In this document: piece after piece, positions 34,314 to 41,836 of the stretch
Numbering within the stretch: position 1 is the first letter of the stretch
Layout of the letters: every line of letters starts with the position of its first letter
Notes under the pieces: generated by a model
The model's input: the letters and a program-made list of their open reading frames with translations, nothing else
Database searches by the model: none
What the model was told of the DNA's origin: nothing
Source of the DNA: a virus
Virus record (IMG/VR): IMGVR_UViG_3300037473_000190
Span: 1 to 46,401 of that record
DNA length: 46,401 nucleotides
Strand: one strand, 5' to 3'
Translations under genes and position numbers: made by a program

Positions 34314-34446
34314 GAAGAACCACGTCCCGGGACACCGACCCTGTTAAGAGAATTTCAGAATTGTTATCAACAAGATATCTACAGGGTACGCCCGAAACTT
34401 TTTCCACGCGAGGACTTAACGCGTGTTGGCTACGCATGGTATTGAG

Positions 34447-34780
34447 CGGGAACATTAGCGGGAACTTTTTATTACTAGAAAACAAACGGCTTATATTAAA
34501 AGTTCCCCTGAACCCGCACTTTTCGCGAAAACGTATGTCTGGCTGAACACGCATGCACGGCGCTTTATATCGGCTCGGAAACGTTTTTCGCCTAAGAGCG
34601 ATTTTCTGGGTAGTCACGGGAACATTTACACAACTCTTGAAATCGCAACGCCCCGCGCGTTCCCGCCCTCTCGCGCGGCACCGTAGCCAGGGGAACATTT
34701 TGGCGGGAACAACCGAGACTCCGTGACGCTTTACGCGAAACGACCAAAAATGTTCCTGCACGACCCGGCGAAACGTTCCC
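34447..34780. repeat. Iteron array: about 9-10 copies of (C/G)GGGAAC(A/G/T)TTT in both orientations (candidate replication origin)
   Basis: GGGAAC occurs on the plus strand at 34448, 34460, 34618, 34691 and 34705. Its complement GTTCCC occurs at 34502, 34659 and 34775. Degenerate copies lie at 34577 and 34752. An AT-rich patch lies at 34466..34500 and the palindrome TTTTCGCGAAAA at 34520..34531. Confidence 0.7.
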
Positions 34781-34790
34781 GCGCGGCCCC

Positions 34791-37418
34791 TCATGCCCGA
34801 CCGTCCACGTCCGCGCGCACCTTGCCGCCCGCCGCGCCACGCTCCGGCGCGTCCTCGCCGATCGCCGCGTGATCGATGCCGTCGCCGCCCTCCGACACGA
34901 GGTTCCGCATCTCCTCCGAGGCCTTGTCGTACTCGAAGACGATGCACTTTTTATTATCATTTTTAATCCTCTTGTACCGCGCGGCCTCGATGAACCCCGG
35001 CTCCTCGCGCAGGTACGCGCGGATCGACCCTTCCTTGAACGCCTCCTCGCCGCGGATCTGCTTGAACTCTTTCGACCACACGTTGTGAAGGCCGTGAAAA
35101 TAAAGATAGATCTTCTTCACATTGTCCTTGTCGACGTCGACGATCCAGTACGCGGGCCCGACGATGTTGCGCGTCTTCATGGCCATGAGATCGTCGAGGA
35201 ACACGCTCACCGCTTGCTCCTCGCGGTATTCGGCCTGCAGCGCCTGCGTCTCGGTGATGAGCTGCGTCGCGAAGTCGAGGTCCGTGTCGCCGAACGCCAC
35301 GACGTACCCGGCCATGACGATCGCGTAATTGATCGCGAGGCGATCGTCGACGCCCTTCTGCGAGAACGATTCGCGCCACTCGCCGAACGCTTTGAAGAAA
35401 ACCGGCTTAAGCTCCTCCTTCCGCTTGATGACGTCGAAAATGTGCGACGAAAATTTTCCTTTGTTCAAGACGAACCAGTTGTAATAATTCGCCTTGCGCT
35501 TGGCGCGCGACACGAAGATCGTGATGCACCGCGTGAGTAGCGCGCCGTCCTTCGGCGTCTCCTCGCCCGAGATCATGATCGTGCCGCGCACCTTCGCCTC
35601 GCGCAGCCCGAAGTCCGCTTTGACGCCCTTCCCCGAGCTCTGCCGGTTGTACGCGTTGCGCAGGAATCCGTTCTTCTGCACGACGTCCTTCGTGTTCCTG
35701 TACTCGTCGAGCCACACGGGGAGCGACGAAAAATACGCGAGCGACCTCTGGATCGCGACGGCCGTCGTCTGCGAGATCGCAAGGCCCCCGGTCTCGACAC
35801 CGAAGAACCGCATGAGCCAGTCGGCGATCGTCGACTTGCCGCTCTGCCACCGACCCGTGATGAAAAGGAACGGAAAGCTCGACGTGTATTCGTAGATCTC
35901 CTCCATGAACGGAACCGCCGTCACCCACCCGAGCGCGATCGACGCTTCCGCGTCGCCGATCGTCTCGCCGAGCTTGAGCTTGAACTCCTCCATGTCGATC
36001 TTCGAGATGATGCTCATGTGCGGCACGCTCGAGCTCGACGAATTCTTTCCGCTCGAGATCGTGAGCGACGATGCCTTGATGCCCTTCTTGTCGAGCCAGA
36101 AAATGCCGTTCTTGTCCGGCCGCACTTCCTTGCCGTCCTCGCCGATCACGACGTTCGAAAAGAGCCAACACTTTTGAGCGGGGATCCACCCGACGTGATC
36201 GCTCTCGAGGATGTACCGCCCCTCGTCCATTGTGAGGAACTCGCTCTCCCAGATCGTCATGAGATCGTCGAGCGTCCCCTTCCACGAAAAATCGCCCTTC
36301 TTCATGCAGAACGTGCGGAACTTTTCCGGGCTCGACATGCTCTCGGCCTCGATCGAAAACGACCCCGAGTGCTTTCCGAACTCGTTGATGAACTCGACTT
36401 CGCGCCGAATGCCGTCCGGCGTGTCGTGCGTCGCGACGATCTTCATGACGAAATTCGAGATGACGTCGTCCCACTGGGTCTTGCCGCGCGTCCTCGTCGC
36501 GACGTAGCGGTTGAACTCCCGGCGAATGTTCGAGCGGTGCCGCTTCTGGGCGTACTTGCGGAGCACGACCTGCTTCGCCTCCGTCGGCAGGTCCCGCAGG
36601 AAGTCGTTGCGCGGCACCGCGTCGTACATGACTTTAAGCATGTCGCCGCGAAGCTTTCCGATCTTGACGGCCCCGTCGATGTCGATCTTGCCGTCCTCGC
36701 GCCACGCGTCGGGCATCCAACCGATCACGACCTCATGACCCGCGTCCTCGAGGCGCCGCGCCATGTAATAGGCGTAAAACTGCGTGTCGTACCGATCCGT
36801 CGGATTATCTTTGTAGCGGTGCGCGATCGTCGGATCGCCTTTCTCCTCATTGTCGAAGATGATGACGATGCGCTTGACGCCGAATTTTTTGAGGAACTCC
36901 ACGAGGCGGGGGAAATTCGCTTCCGAAAAACTTGAGATGCCGGGGATCGCGATCGTCGGGATTCCGTACTGCACACCCGCGACCGCCTTGAACTCGCCCT
37001 CGGTGAGGATGATCTCGCCGGGCTTGTCCTTCACGTTCTTCTCTTGATAGACCTCGACCGGAATGCCTTTGAGCCCGAGCTTGTGCGGCCGCAGGCCGTA
37101 CGCCCTGTCGTCCGCGTCGAGGTACGGAATGATGATGTTCGAAACTTCTTTGCCTTCGAGGGAATTTTTTTCGCGCATGAGTATGGGGTTCATGCGCGTG
37201 CGCCCGCCTTCGTAGATGAAGATGCCGCACGACAGAAGGTCTTGCTCTTTGAATTTGCTCTTGAGCTCCTCCTCGATCGACGCCATGTACGCGCCGCCCG
37301 AAATGAACCGGAACTCTTTGATCGTCTTCTCTGCGAAACCGCGCTTCGTAATCAGCTCGAGCTTGTGATCCTCGGCGAGCTGCCCGCGTTCAAGGATAAA
37401 CGTATAAACGTCTCGCAT
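34791..37418 (-). CDS. Bifunctional DNA primase / helicase (TOPRIM domain plus P-loop NTPase, 875 aa)
   Basis: TOPRIM-like IILTEGEFKA...IAIPGISSF...IVIIFDNEE, and a Walker A FITGRWQSGKST in the C-terminal half. Confidence 0.75.
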   Translation of the reverse strand: MRDVYTFILERGQLAEDHKLELITKRGFAEKTIKEFRFISGGAYMASIEEELKSKFKEQDLLSCGIFIYEGGRTRMNPILMREKNSLEGKEVSNIIIPYLDADDRAYGLRPHKLGLKGIPVEVYQEKNVKDKPGEIILTEGEFKAVAGVQYGIPTIAIPGISSFSEANFPRLVEFLKKFGVKRIVIIFDNEEKGDPTIAHRYKDNPTDRYDTQFYAYYMARRLEDAGHEVVIGWMPDAWREDGKIDIDGAVKIGKLRGDMLKVMYDAVPRNDFLRDLPTEAKQVVLRKYAQKRHRSNIRREFNRYVATRTRGKTQWDDVISNFVMKIVATHDTPDGIRREVEFINEFGKHSGSFSIEAESMSSPEKFRTFCMKKGDFSWKGTLDDLMTIWESEFLTMDEGRYILESDHVGWIPAQKCWLFSNVVIGEDGKEVRPDKNGIFWLDKKGIKASSLTISSGKNSSSSSVPHMSIISKIDMEEFKLKLGETIGDAEASIALGWVTAVPFMEEIYEYTSSFPFLFITGRWQSGKSTIADWLMRFFGVETGGLAISQTTAVAIQRSLAYFSSLPVWLDEYRNTKDVVQKNGFLRNAYNRQSSGKGVKADFGLREAKVRGTIMISGEETPKDGALLTRCITIFVSRAKRKANYYNWFVLNKGKFSSHIFDVIKRKEELKPVFFKAFGEWRESFSQKGVDDRLAINYAIVMAGYVVAFGDTDLDFATQLITETQALQAEYREEQAVSVFLDDLMAMKTRNIVGPAYWIVDVDKDNVKKIYLYFHGLHNVWSKEFKQIRGEEAFKEGSIRAYLREEPGFIEAARYKRIKNDNKKCIVFEYDKASEEMRNLVSEGGDGIDHAAIGEDAPERGAAGGKVRADVDGRA

Positions 37419-37480
37419 GGACTTCCTAAAATTATCGTCTTAAATGACCCGAAAAAATGACGGCGCGCGGCAAAGAAAGA

Positions 37481-37519
37481 GCACGTGATCCGGCTGCGCC
37501 CGCCTGCCGGATCACGTGC
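37481..37519 (-). terminator. Perfect 14-bp stem hairpin, probable intrinsic terminator
   Basis: gcacgtgatccggc-N11-gccggatcacgtgc lies 8 nt after the stop at 37527. On the minus RNA it is followed by UCUUUCUUUG. Confidence 0.55.
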
Positions 37520-37526
37520 CGAGGTG

Positions 37527-38291
37527 TTACGCCTCCGAACCGCCTTCTTCGTGAACCTTGAGCTCCTTCACGTACGGCGCGAACGCGTCGTAAAGGGTCT
37601 TGCCGATCTCGAGCTCGTCCGCTTCCACGGTGCCGACCTTCGCCACCGTGTAGACGTAATACGTGCCCTTCTCGTTCGTCTCCTGCCGGACGCCGAGCTC
37701 GTACTTGCCGGAGCGCATCGCGCCGCCCGCGTACCGGGCGATGTTGAGCAGCTCCTTCCCCGCGCCGTAGCTCGTCTTTCCGAACGACAGGACGAGCGGC
37801 ATCGCGATCCCCTCGAAGTAGCAGAGGAAGTTCATGAACGTAGTCGCGGCCGGCGTCTCGCCGTTCTTGCCGAACTTCGTTTCGTTCACGACGCGCGGAT
37901 CGTCCGGGTCCGTCGAGCGCCACACGACCTCGCCCGCCTTGATGCCGGGGACGAAATTCGCGTCCTTGTCGCTCCTCGGGTTGAAGCGCACCCAGTTCGT
38001 CCACTTGAGGATCGGGATGAACCGGGGCGGCAGCGTCTCTTTCGTGAGCGAGTTGATCACCATGCCCGCGAAGAAGTCGCGCGGCTTCTCCTGCACTTCG
38101 GGCGAGAGCCCCTGCAGAAGACGCACCCGCGGGATCACCGCTTCCTTCGGGTTCATGCCTTCCTCGAACCCTTCGCGGCCCTGCTCGAACACCGCGAGGA
38201 TCTTCGCCTTCATCTCGGCCGGAGACACCACGAGCCCGGTCTCCTCGGCCTGCGTCTGCAGATCCTTCTTCTCCGCTTTGTCTTTCGCCAT
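37527..38291 (-). CDS. Hypothetical protein (254 aa), possibly DNA-binding by position
   Basis: Track ORF with coding-like composition and an acidic C-terminus. No motif recognised. Confidence 0.6.
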   Translation of the reverse strand: MAKDKAEKKDLQTQAEETGLVVSPAEMKAKILAVFEQGREGFEEGMNPKEAVIPRVRLLQGLSPEVQEKPRDFFAGMVINSLTKETLPPRFIPILKWTNWVRFNPRSDKDANFVPGIKAGEVVWRSTDPDDPRVVNETKFGKNGETPAATTFMNFLCYFEGIAMPLVLSFGKTSYGAGKELLNIARYAGGAMRSGKYELGVRQETNEKGTYYVYTVAKVGTVEADELEIGKTLYDAFAPYVKELKVHEEGGSEA

Positions 38292-38352
38292 GACGTACCT
38301 CCTTGTTGTGGAACTATAGACCGCGCCTTCTGGCGCGCCCCGATCGCCGCGT

Positions 38353-38913
38353 CTATTTTTTACGCAGCGAAAGCTTGGCCTTCAAGATGTACGAGATGCC
38401 GTCCGGCACCTTCTTGCCGTTCTGGATGAGCTCACCGACGAACGTCGAAAGCGTTTTCGGGTGAATGGTTTCTTTGATGACGTCGCCGCGCCCGAGCGTC
38501 TTGATCTCCTCGAACGCCTTGTCGCGGTTGGCTTCGGTGATCGAGGCGTAGACCTCCGACCCCGAGATCTCCGCGCGGCCGATGCCCTCGTACACGGCCG
38601 TCGCGTCCTTGCCGTGGTCTTCGAGGAACTTGATGAGCTCGTCGCCCGCGCGTGCCTTGTCGGACTTCGCCGTCTCGAGATCGGAATTGAGCTTCGTGCA
38701 AAGCTCCGACGCTTCGCGGTACGCCGAGAGCAGCTGCATCTCCGTGAGCGGAAGCTTCTCGAGGTCCGCGACGTCGCACTTGAACGTGTCCTTCTGGCCG
38801 TCCCAGAGGACGAGCGACATTTGCTCGTTCATGAAATCTTCGATCGTGCCGGGCGCGCCGTCCGATTTGCGCCGCACGCGGTAACCCACTTTCAGTTCAC
38901 GCCGTTCTGCCAT
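38353..38913 (-). CDS. Hypothetical protein (186 aa)
   Basis: Track ORF with a central coiled-coil-like region. Confidence 0.6.
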   Translation of the reverse strand: MAERRELKVGYRVRRKSDGAPGTIEDFMNEQMSLVLWDGQKDTFKCDVADLEKLPLTEMQLLSAYREASELCTKLNSDLETAKSDKARAGDELIKFLEDHGKDATAVYEGIGRAEISGSEVYASITEANRDKAFEEIKTLGRGDVIKETIHPKTLSTFVGELIQNGKKVPDGISYILKAKLSLRKK

Positions 38914-39214
38914 TGGAGCCCCCTTGTGATTTTAACTTCGCCATGAACTCTCTCGCTTCTTGAACGCTGTACGCGACGCACGTTTCGCCGCCCGCTTCCT
39001 CGATGAGCTTGAGCGTGTGCGCCTGCAGCGGCGTCACCTTGCCGCCGGGCCTCTTGATCTCGATCGCGAAGAACACGCTGCCCATGCACCCCACGCGATC
39101 GGGGATTCCGACCTGGAACTTGTCCGACGTCTTCCACGAAAACGCTTCGGGGAATTCCCGCTTGATCATCTTCCCGATCGAGCGGTCGATGATGAGCTCG
39201 TACGCGCTGCTCAC
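38897..39214 (-). CDS. VRR-NUC domain nuclease (105 aa)
   Basis: GTG at 39214 forms a GTGA overlap with the SNF2 stop. GIPDRVGCMGSVFFAIEIKRPGGKVTPLQAHTLKLIEEAGG fits the PD-(D/E)xK VRR-NUC pattern. Confidence 0.7.
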   Translation of the reverse strand: MSSAYELIIDRSIGKMIKREFPEAFSWKTSDKFQVGIPDRVGCMGSVFFAIEIKRPGGKVTPLQAHTLKLIEEAGGETCVAYSVQEAREFMAKLKSQGGSNGRTA

Positions 39215-40659
39215 CGGAGAAGCCCGTCGACGATCTCGTTCATGCTGCCCTTCGTGCGAAGCTTCGCGAGGATCTCCTCGTCGATCGTTCCTTGTGCCAG
39301 AATGTGATGATAAACGCAAGTCTGCGTTTGCCCGATGCGGTGCGTGCGGTCACGACCTTGATCGTAAGTCTCGAACGAATAGTCGAGCGAGAAAAAAATC
39401 TCGTTGCAGCAATTCACGAACGTGAGTCCGTGCGCGGCGCTGCGCGGGTGCGCCACGAGGAACCGCGTGCGGCCGTCCTTGAACGCCGCGATCGCCTCAT
39501 CCCGGTCGACGCCGGGCTTGATCGCGCCGTAGATCTGCGACACCCCGCCGCCGCACGACACGAGCATCTCGGTCACCTTCTCGATCTCCCAAACGAATTG
39601 ACACCACACGATGACCTGCCGACCCGCAAGCTCCCCGGTCACGAGGTCCTCGAGCTCTGCCATTTTCGGGCACTCTCCGAGCTCGACGATCGATTCGTCC
39701 TCGGCCATGGCAAACCCCGACGTGATCTCTCGCAGCTTCATGACCTTGGACAGCGCGACGCGCGCCACGACGGGCTTCCCCGCGATCTCCGAAATGAGGT
39801 TCCGGCGCATCTCGTTGTACGCGCGCTTCTGCTGCGGCCCGAGCTGAACGAGACGAACCTCGTCCACGACCGGCGGCAGATCGAGGCACTCCTCTTTGAT
39901 CGCCCGGTGAACGAACGGAGCCATGCGCGCGACGAGCTCCGCGCGGCGCTGCGCCGTGATCTTGTACTCCGCGCCCTGCTTGAAAAGCTGCGAGATCGCC
40001 TGCCGGGTCATGACCATGCCCTGCGTCGAGATCTCCTGCCCCCGCCGCTCGAGATGAAAATAGGTGTTCCGAAACGCGTTGAAGGACTTGCCGAAGACCT
40101 CGGTGTCCACGAACCCGATCTGCGCCCAGTACTCGGTCTCGCAGTTCGGGGCGGGCGTGCCGCTCATAACGATGCGGTATTCGAATGCCTTGCAGATTTG
40201 AAGGAGGGATTTTGTCGTCGCGGCGCGGTAGTTTTTGATGCGCGAGCTTTCATCGAGCACCGCGCACCACTCGCCGCCCGCGCGCGACATGAGGGCCAGA
40301 AGCTTCTGCACCTTTTCGGCGCGTTGAAAAAATTCATAGTTCACGACCATGATCGCCGGGACCGCGTCGCCGCGTTCGGGAAGCCCGTCGCGGTGAATGT
40401 TCCGAAACTGCGTCTCGCCGATCTCGAGATACTTCCGCGCCTCGTCGTGCCATGCCGCCTCGAGCAGCGACAGTGGCGCGATCACGAGTAACCGCACCCT
40501 ATTCGGCGCGCGCTTGGCGCTCAGCCGCGACCAGATCTCGAGCGCCGTCCGGGTCTTGCCGAGGCCGGGATCGTGGAAGATCGCCCCACGCCCGCCGCGC
40601 TTGACCGCGAACTCCACGGCCTCGCGCTGATGCCCGAACAGAGTATCGACGAGCGTCAT
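39211..40659 (-). CDS. SNF2-family helicase / ATPase (482 aa)
   Basis: ATG at 40659 (MTLVDTLFGHQ) is in an ATGA overlap. Motifs: DPGLGKT, VLDESSRIKN, SGTPAPN, and HPRSAAHGLTF...DRTHRIGQ. Confidence 0.85.
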   Translation of the reverse strand: MTLVDTLFGHQREAVEFAVKRGGRGAIFHDPGLGKTRTALEIWSRLSAKRAPNRVRLLVIAPLSLLEAAWHDEARKYLEIGETQFRNIHRDGLPERGDAVPAIMVVNYEFFQRAEKVQKLLALMSRAGGEWCAVLDESSRIKNYRAATTKSLLQICKAFEYRIVMSGTPAPNCETEYWAQIGFVDTEVFGKSFNAFRNTYFHLERRGQEISTQGMVMTRQAISQLFKQGAEYKITAQRRAELVARMAPFVHRAIKEECLDLPPVVDEVRLVQLGPQQKRAYNEMRRNLISEIAGKPVVARVALSKVMKLREITSGFAMAEDESIVELGECPKMAELEDLVTGELAGRQVIVWCQFVWEIEKVTEMLVSCGGGVSQIYGAIKPGVDRDEAIAAFKDGRTRFLVAHPRSAAHGLTFVNCCNEIFFSLDYSFETYDQGRDRTHRIGQTQTCVYHHILAQGTIDEEILAKLRTKGSMNEIVDGLLR

Positions 40660-41246
40660 TTTAAATCGGTCTCCTCGAAGAACCAATGATCGCCGATGTG
40701 CGCCACGCAGATGATCTTCTCTCGATCCCACGACACCGGAACGCCGAACGCGTAGATGTTCTCGAACAGCGTCGCCCCGCGCGTGAAGTTCGTGAACGTC
40801 GAAAGGAAATACGCCGCCCACGCCTTGATCCACGTCGCGAGCTTTTCGTGCTTTACGTGCGGCGCTTTGAAGCCATACATGCCGCCGACCGAGTCGCGGT
40901 TCTGGATGACTTCCCCGACGGCGATCATGCCGACAAACGGCTGATTCGCTGCCTCGCCGACGATCGCCTGCACCGCATCGAACACGCTCACGTCCGCGCG
41001 CGCGGCCGGTGCGGCCATGACGAGGGCCGCGACCATGAAGAACGTCGCGATCGGAACCTTGAAATGCCGCGCGAGCGCGCGAAGCGACCGGGGCCCGGGA
41101 CGGAACCCGACCTCCCACTTCGACACCGCCGACCCGTCCTTCCCGATCGCGCGCCCGAGCTCCTCCTGCGTGAGGCCCGCCTCGGTGCGCAGATCGAATA
41201 ACTTGTCGCTCTTGAACGTTCGTTTTTGCTTTGCCATGCCCTGCAT
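40656..41246 (-). CDS. Fusion protein: XRE-type HTH + transmembrane segment + SleB-like (Hydrolase_2) cell-wall hydrolase domain (196 aa)
   Basis: HTH: LRTEAGLTQEELGRAIGKDGSAVSKWEVG. TM: IATFFMVAALVMAAPAA. Hydrolase: IVGEAANQPFVGMIAVGEVIQNRDS...TRGATLFEN...VSWDREKIICVAHIGDHWFF. ATG at 41246 lies 6 nt after GGGGA. Confidence 0.65.
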   Translation of the reverse strand: MQGMAKQKRTFKSDKLFDLRTEAGLTQEELGRAIGKDGSAVSKWEVGFRPGPRSLRALARHFKVPIATFFMVAALVMAAPAARADVSVFDAVQAIVGEAANQPFVGMIAVGEVIQNRDSVGGMYGFKAPHVKHEKLATWIKAWAAYFLSTFTNFTRGATLFENIYAFGVPVSWDREKIICVAHIGDHWFFEETDLK

Positions 41247-41276
41247 CTTAATCCCCTTTTTGTTTACGCGCAAGAA

Positions 41277-41306
41277 AAAACTTCAAGTTTTTTCAACTTT
41301 TTTCAA
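41277..41306 (-). promoter_or_regulatory. Three helically phased 10-bp repeats TTGAAAAAAG / TTGAAAAAAC / TTGAAGTTTT
   Basis: ttcaa occurs on the plus strand at 41282, 41292 and 41302, exactly 10 bp apart. The array lies in the AT-rich gap upstream of the HTH-TM-SleB gene. Confidence 0.6.
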
Positions 41307-41313
41307 GGTCGAT

Positions 41314-41454
41314 TTAGACGCTTATTCCGTTCCCCGGCTCACCCCACCCGGGCTCTCTTTCGTAGAACGTGACCTCGTCCTCGAGCAGCCGTCGCGGCCG
41401 CTTCGGCGCGGGCTCGGGTTTCTTGGGCGCCGCCTCGCCGTCCTTCTTCTTCAC
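41314..41454 (-). CDS. Possible small basic protein (46 aa, GTG start)
   Basis: Not in the track. GTG at 41454 forms a GTGA overlap with the RHH gene stop. Translation: VKKKDGEAAPKKPEPAPKRPRRLLEDEVTFYEREPGWGEPGNGISV. Confidence 0.35.
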   Translation of the reverse strand: MKKKDGEAAPKKPEPAPKRPRRLLEDEVTFYEREPGWGEPGNGISV

Positions 41455-41636
41455 GACGCGTTGCCGTCAGAAAGCTTCTCGGACATGGCCATGTCGGCGA
41501 GCTTTTTGTCGTTGGCCACGAGGCGCACCGCGCGGCGGTAGACCTCGCTGCGCGAAAGCCCGTGCGTCTTCTTCATCGATGCCGCCCACTCGATCATCTT
41601 CTCGTCCGAGAAAACCGTTACCGGGACTCTGATCAT
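41451..41636 (-). CDS. Ribbon-helix-helix (CopG/Arc-like) DNA-binding protein (61 aa)
   Basis: MIRVPVTVFSDEKMIEWAASMKKTHGLSRSEVYRRAVRLV shows a beta-strand then two helices. The ATG is in an ATGA overlap. Confidence 0.6.
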   Translation of the reverse strand: MIRVPVTVFSDEKMIEWAASMKKTHGLSRSEVYRRAVRLVANDKKLADMAMSEKLSDGNAS

Positions 41637-41821
41637 GATGCCTCTCCTATTTTCCAGTCGCTCATGCGCTTGTCGCTGCCGAGCCGCTTGATCGTGATGT
41701 CCTGCCCCACGACGAGCTCGACGTCGACGGTGAACAGCACGACCGCCTCGTTGTCTTCCGTGATCACCACCGCGCGATGATTCGCGTCGATGTACTGCAC
41801 CTTCGCTTTTTTGAATACCAT
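41633..41821 (-). CDS. Hypothetical protein (62 aa)
   Basis: Track ORF with an ATG start. Confidence 0.5.
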   Translation of the reverse strand: MVFKKAKVQYIDANHRAVVITEDNEAVVLFTVDVELVVGQDITIKRLGSDKRMSDWKIGEAS

Positions 41822-41836
41822 AGAGCACCGATCCTT

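Noticed and set aside
34364-34372. A DnaA box, TTATCAACA.
   Set aside because: It is a single copy with one mismatch to TTATNCACA. That is insufficient on its own, so it is mentioned only as context for the iteron region.
34447-34780. A CRISPR array or a tandem satellite.
   Set aside because: The repeat unit is only about 10 bp, the spacing is irregular, and copies occur in both orientations. This fits iterons, not CRISPR repeats with spacers.
41030-41060. An internal start (MVAALVMAAPAARA) that would give a separately translated, signal-peptide-bearing SleB-like lysin.
   Set aside because: There is no Shine-Dalgarno upstream of the internal ATG and no stop separating it from the HTH. The fusion reading is preferred, but the alternative is left open in the finding.
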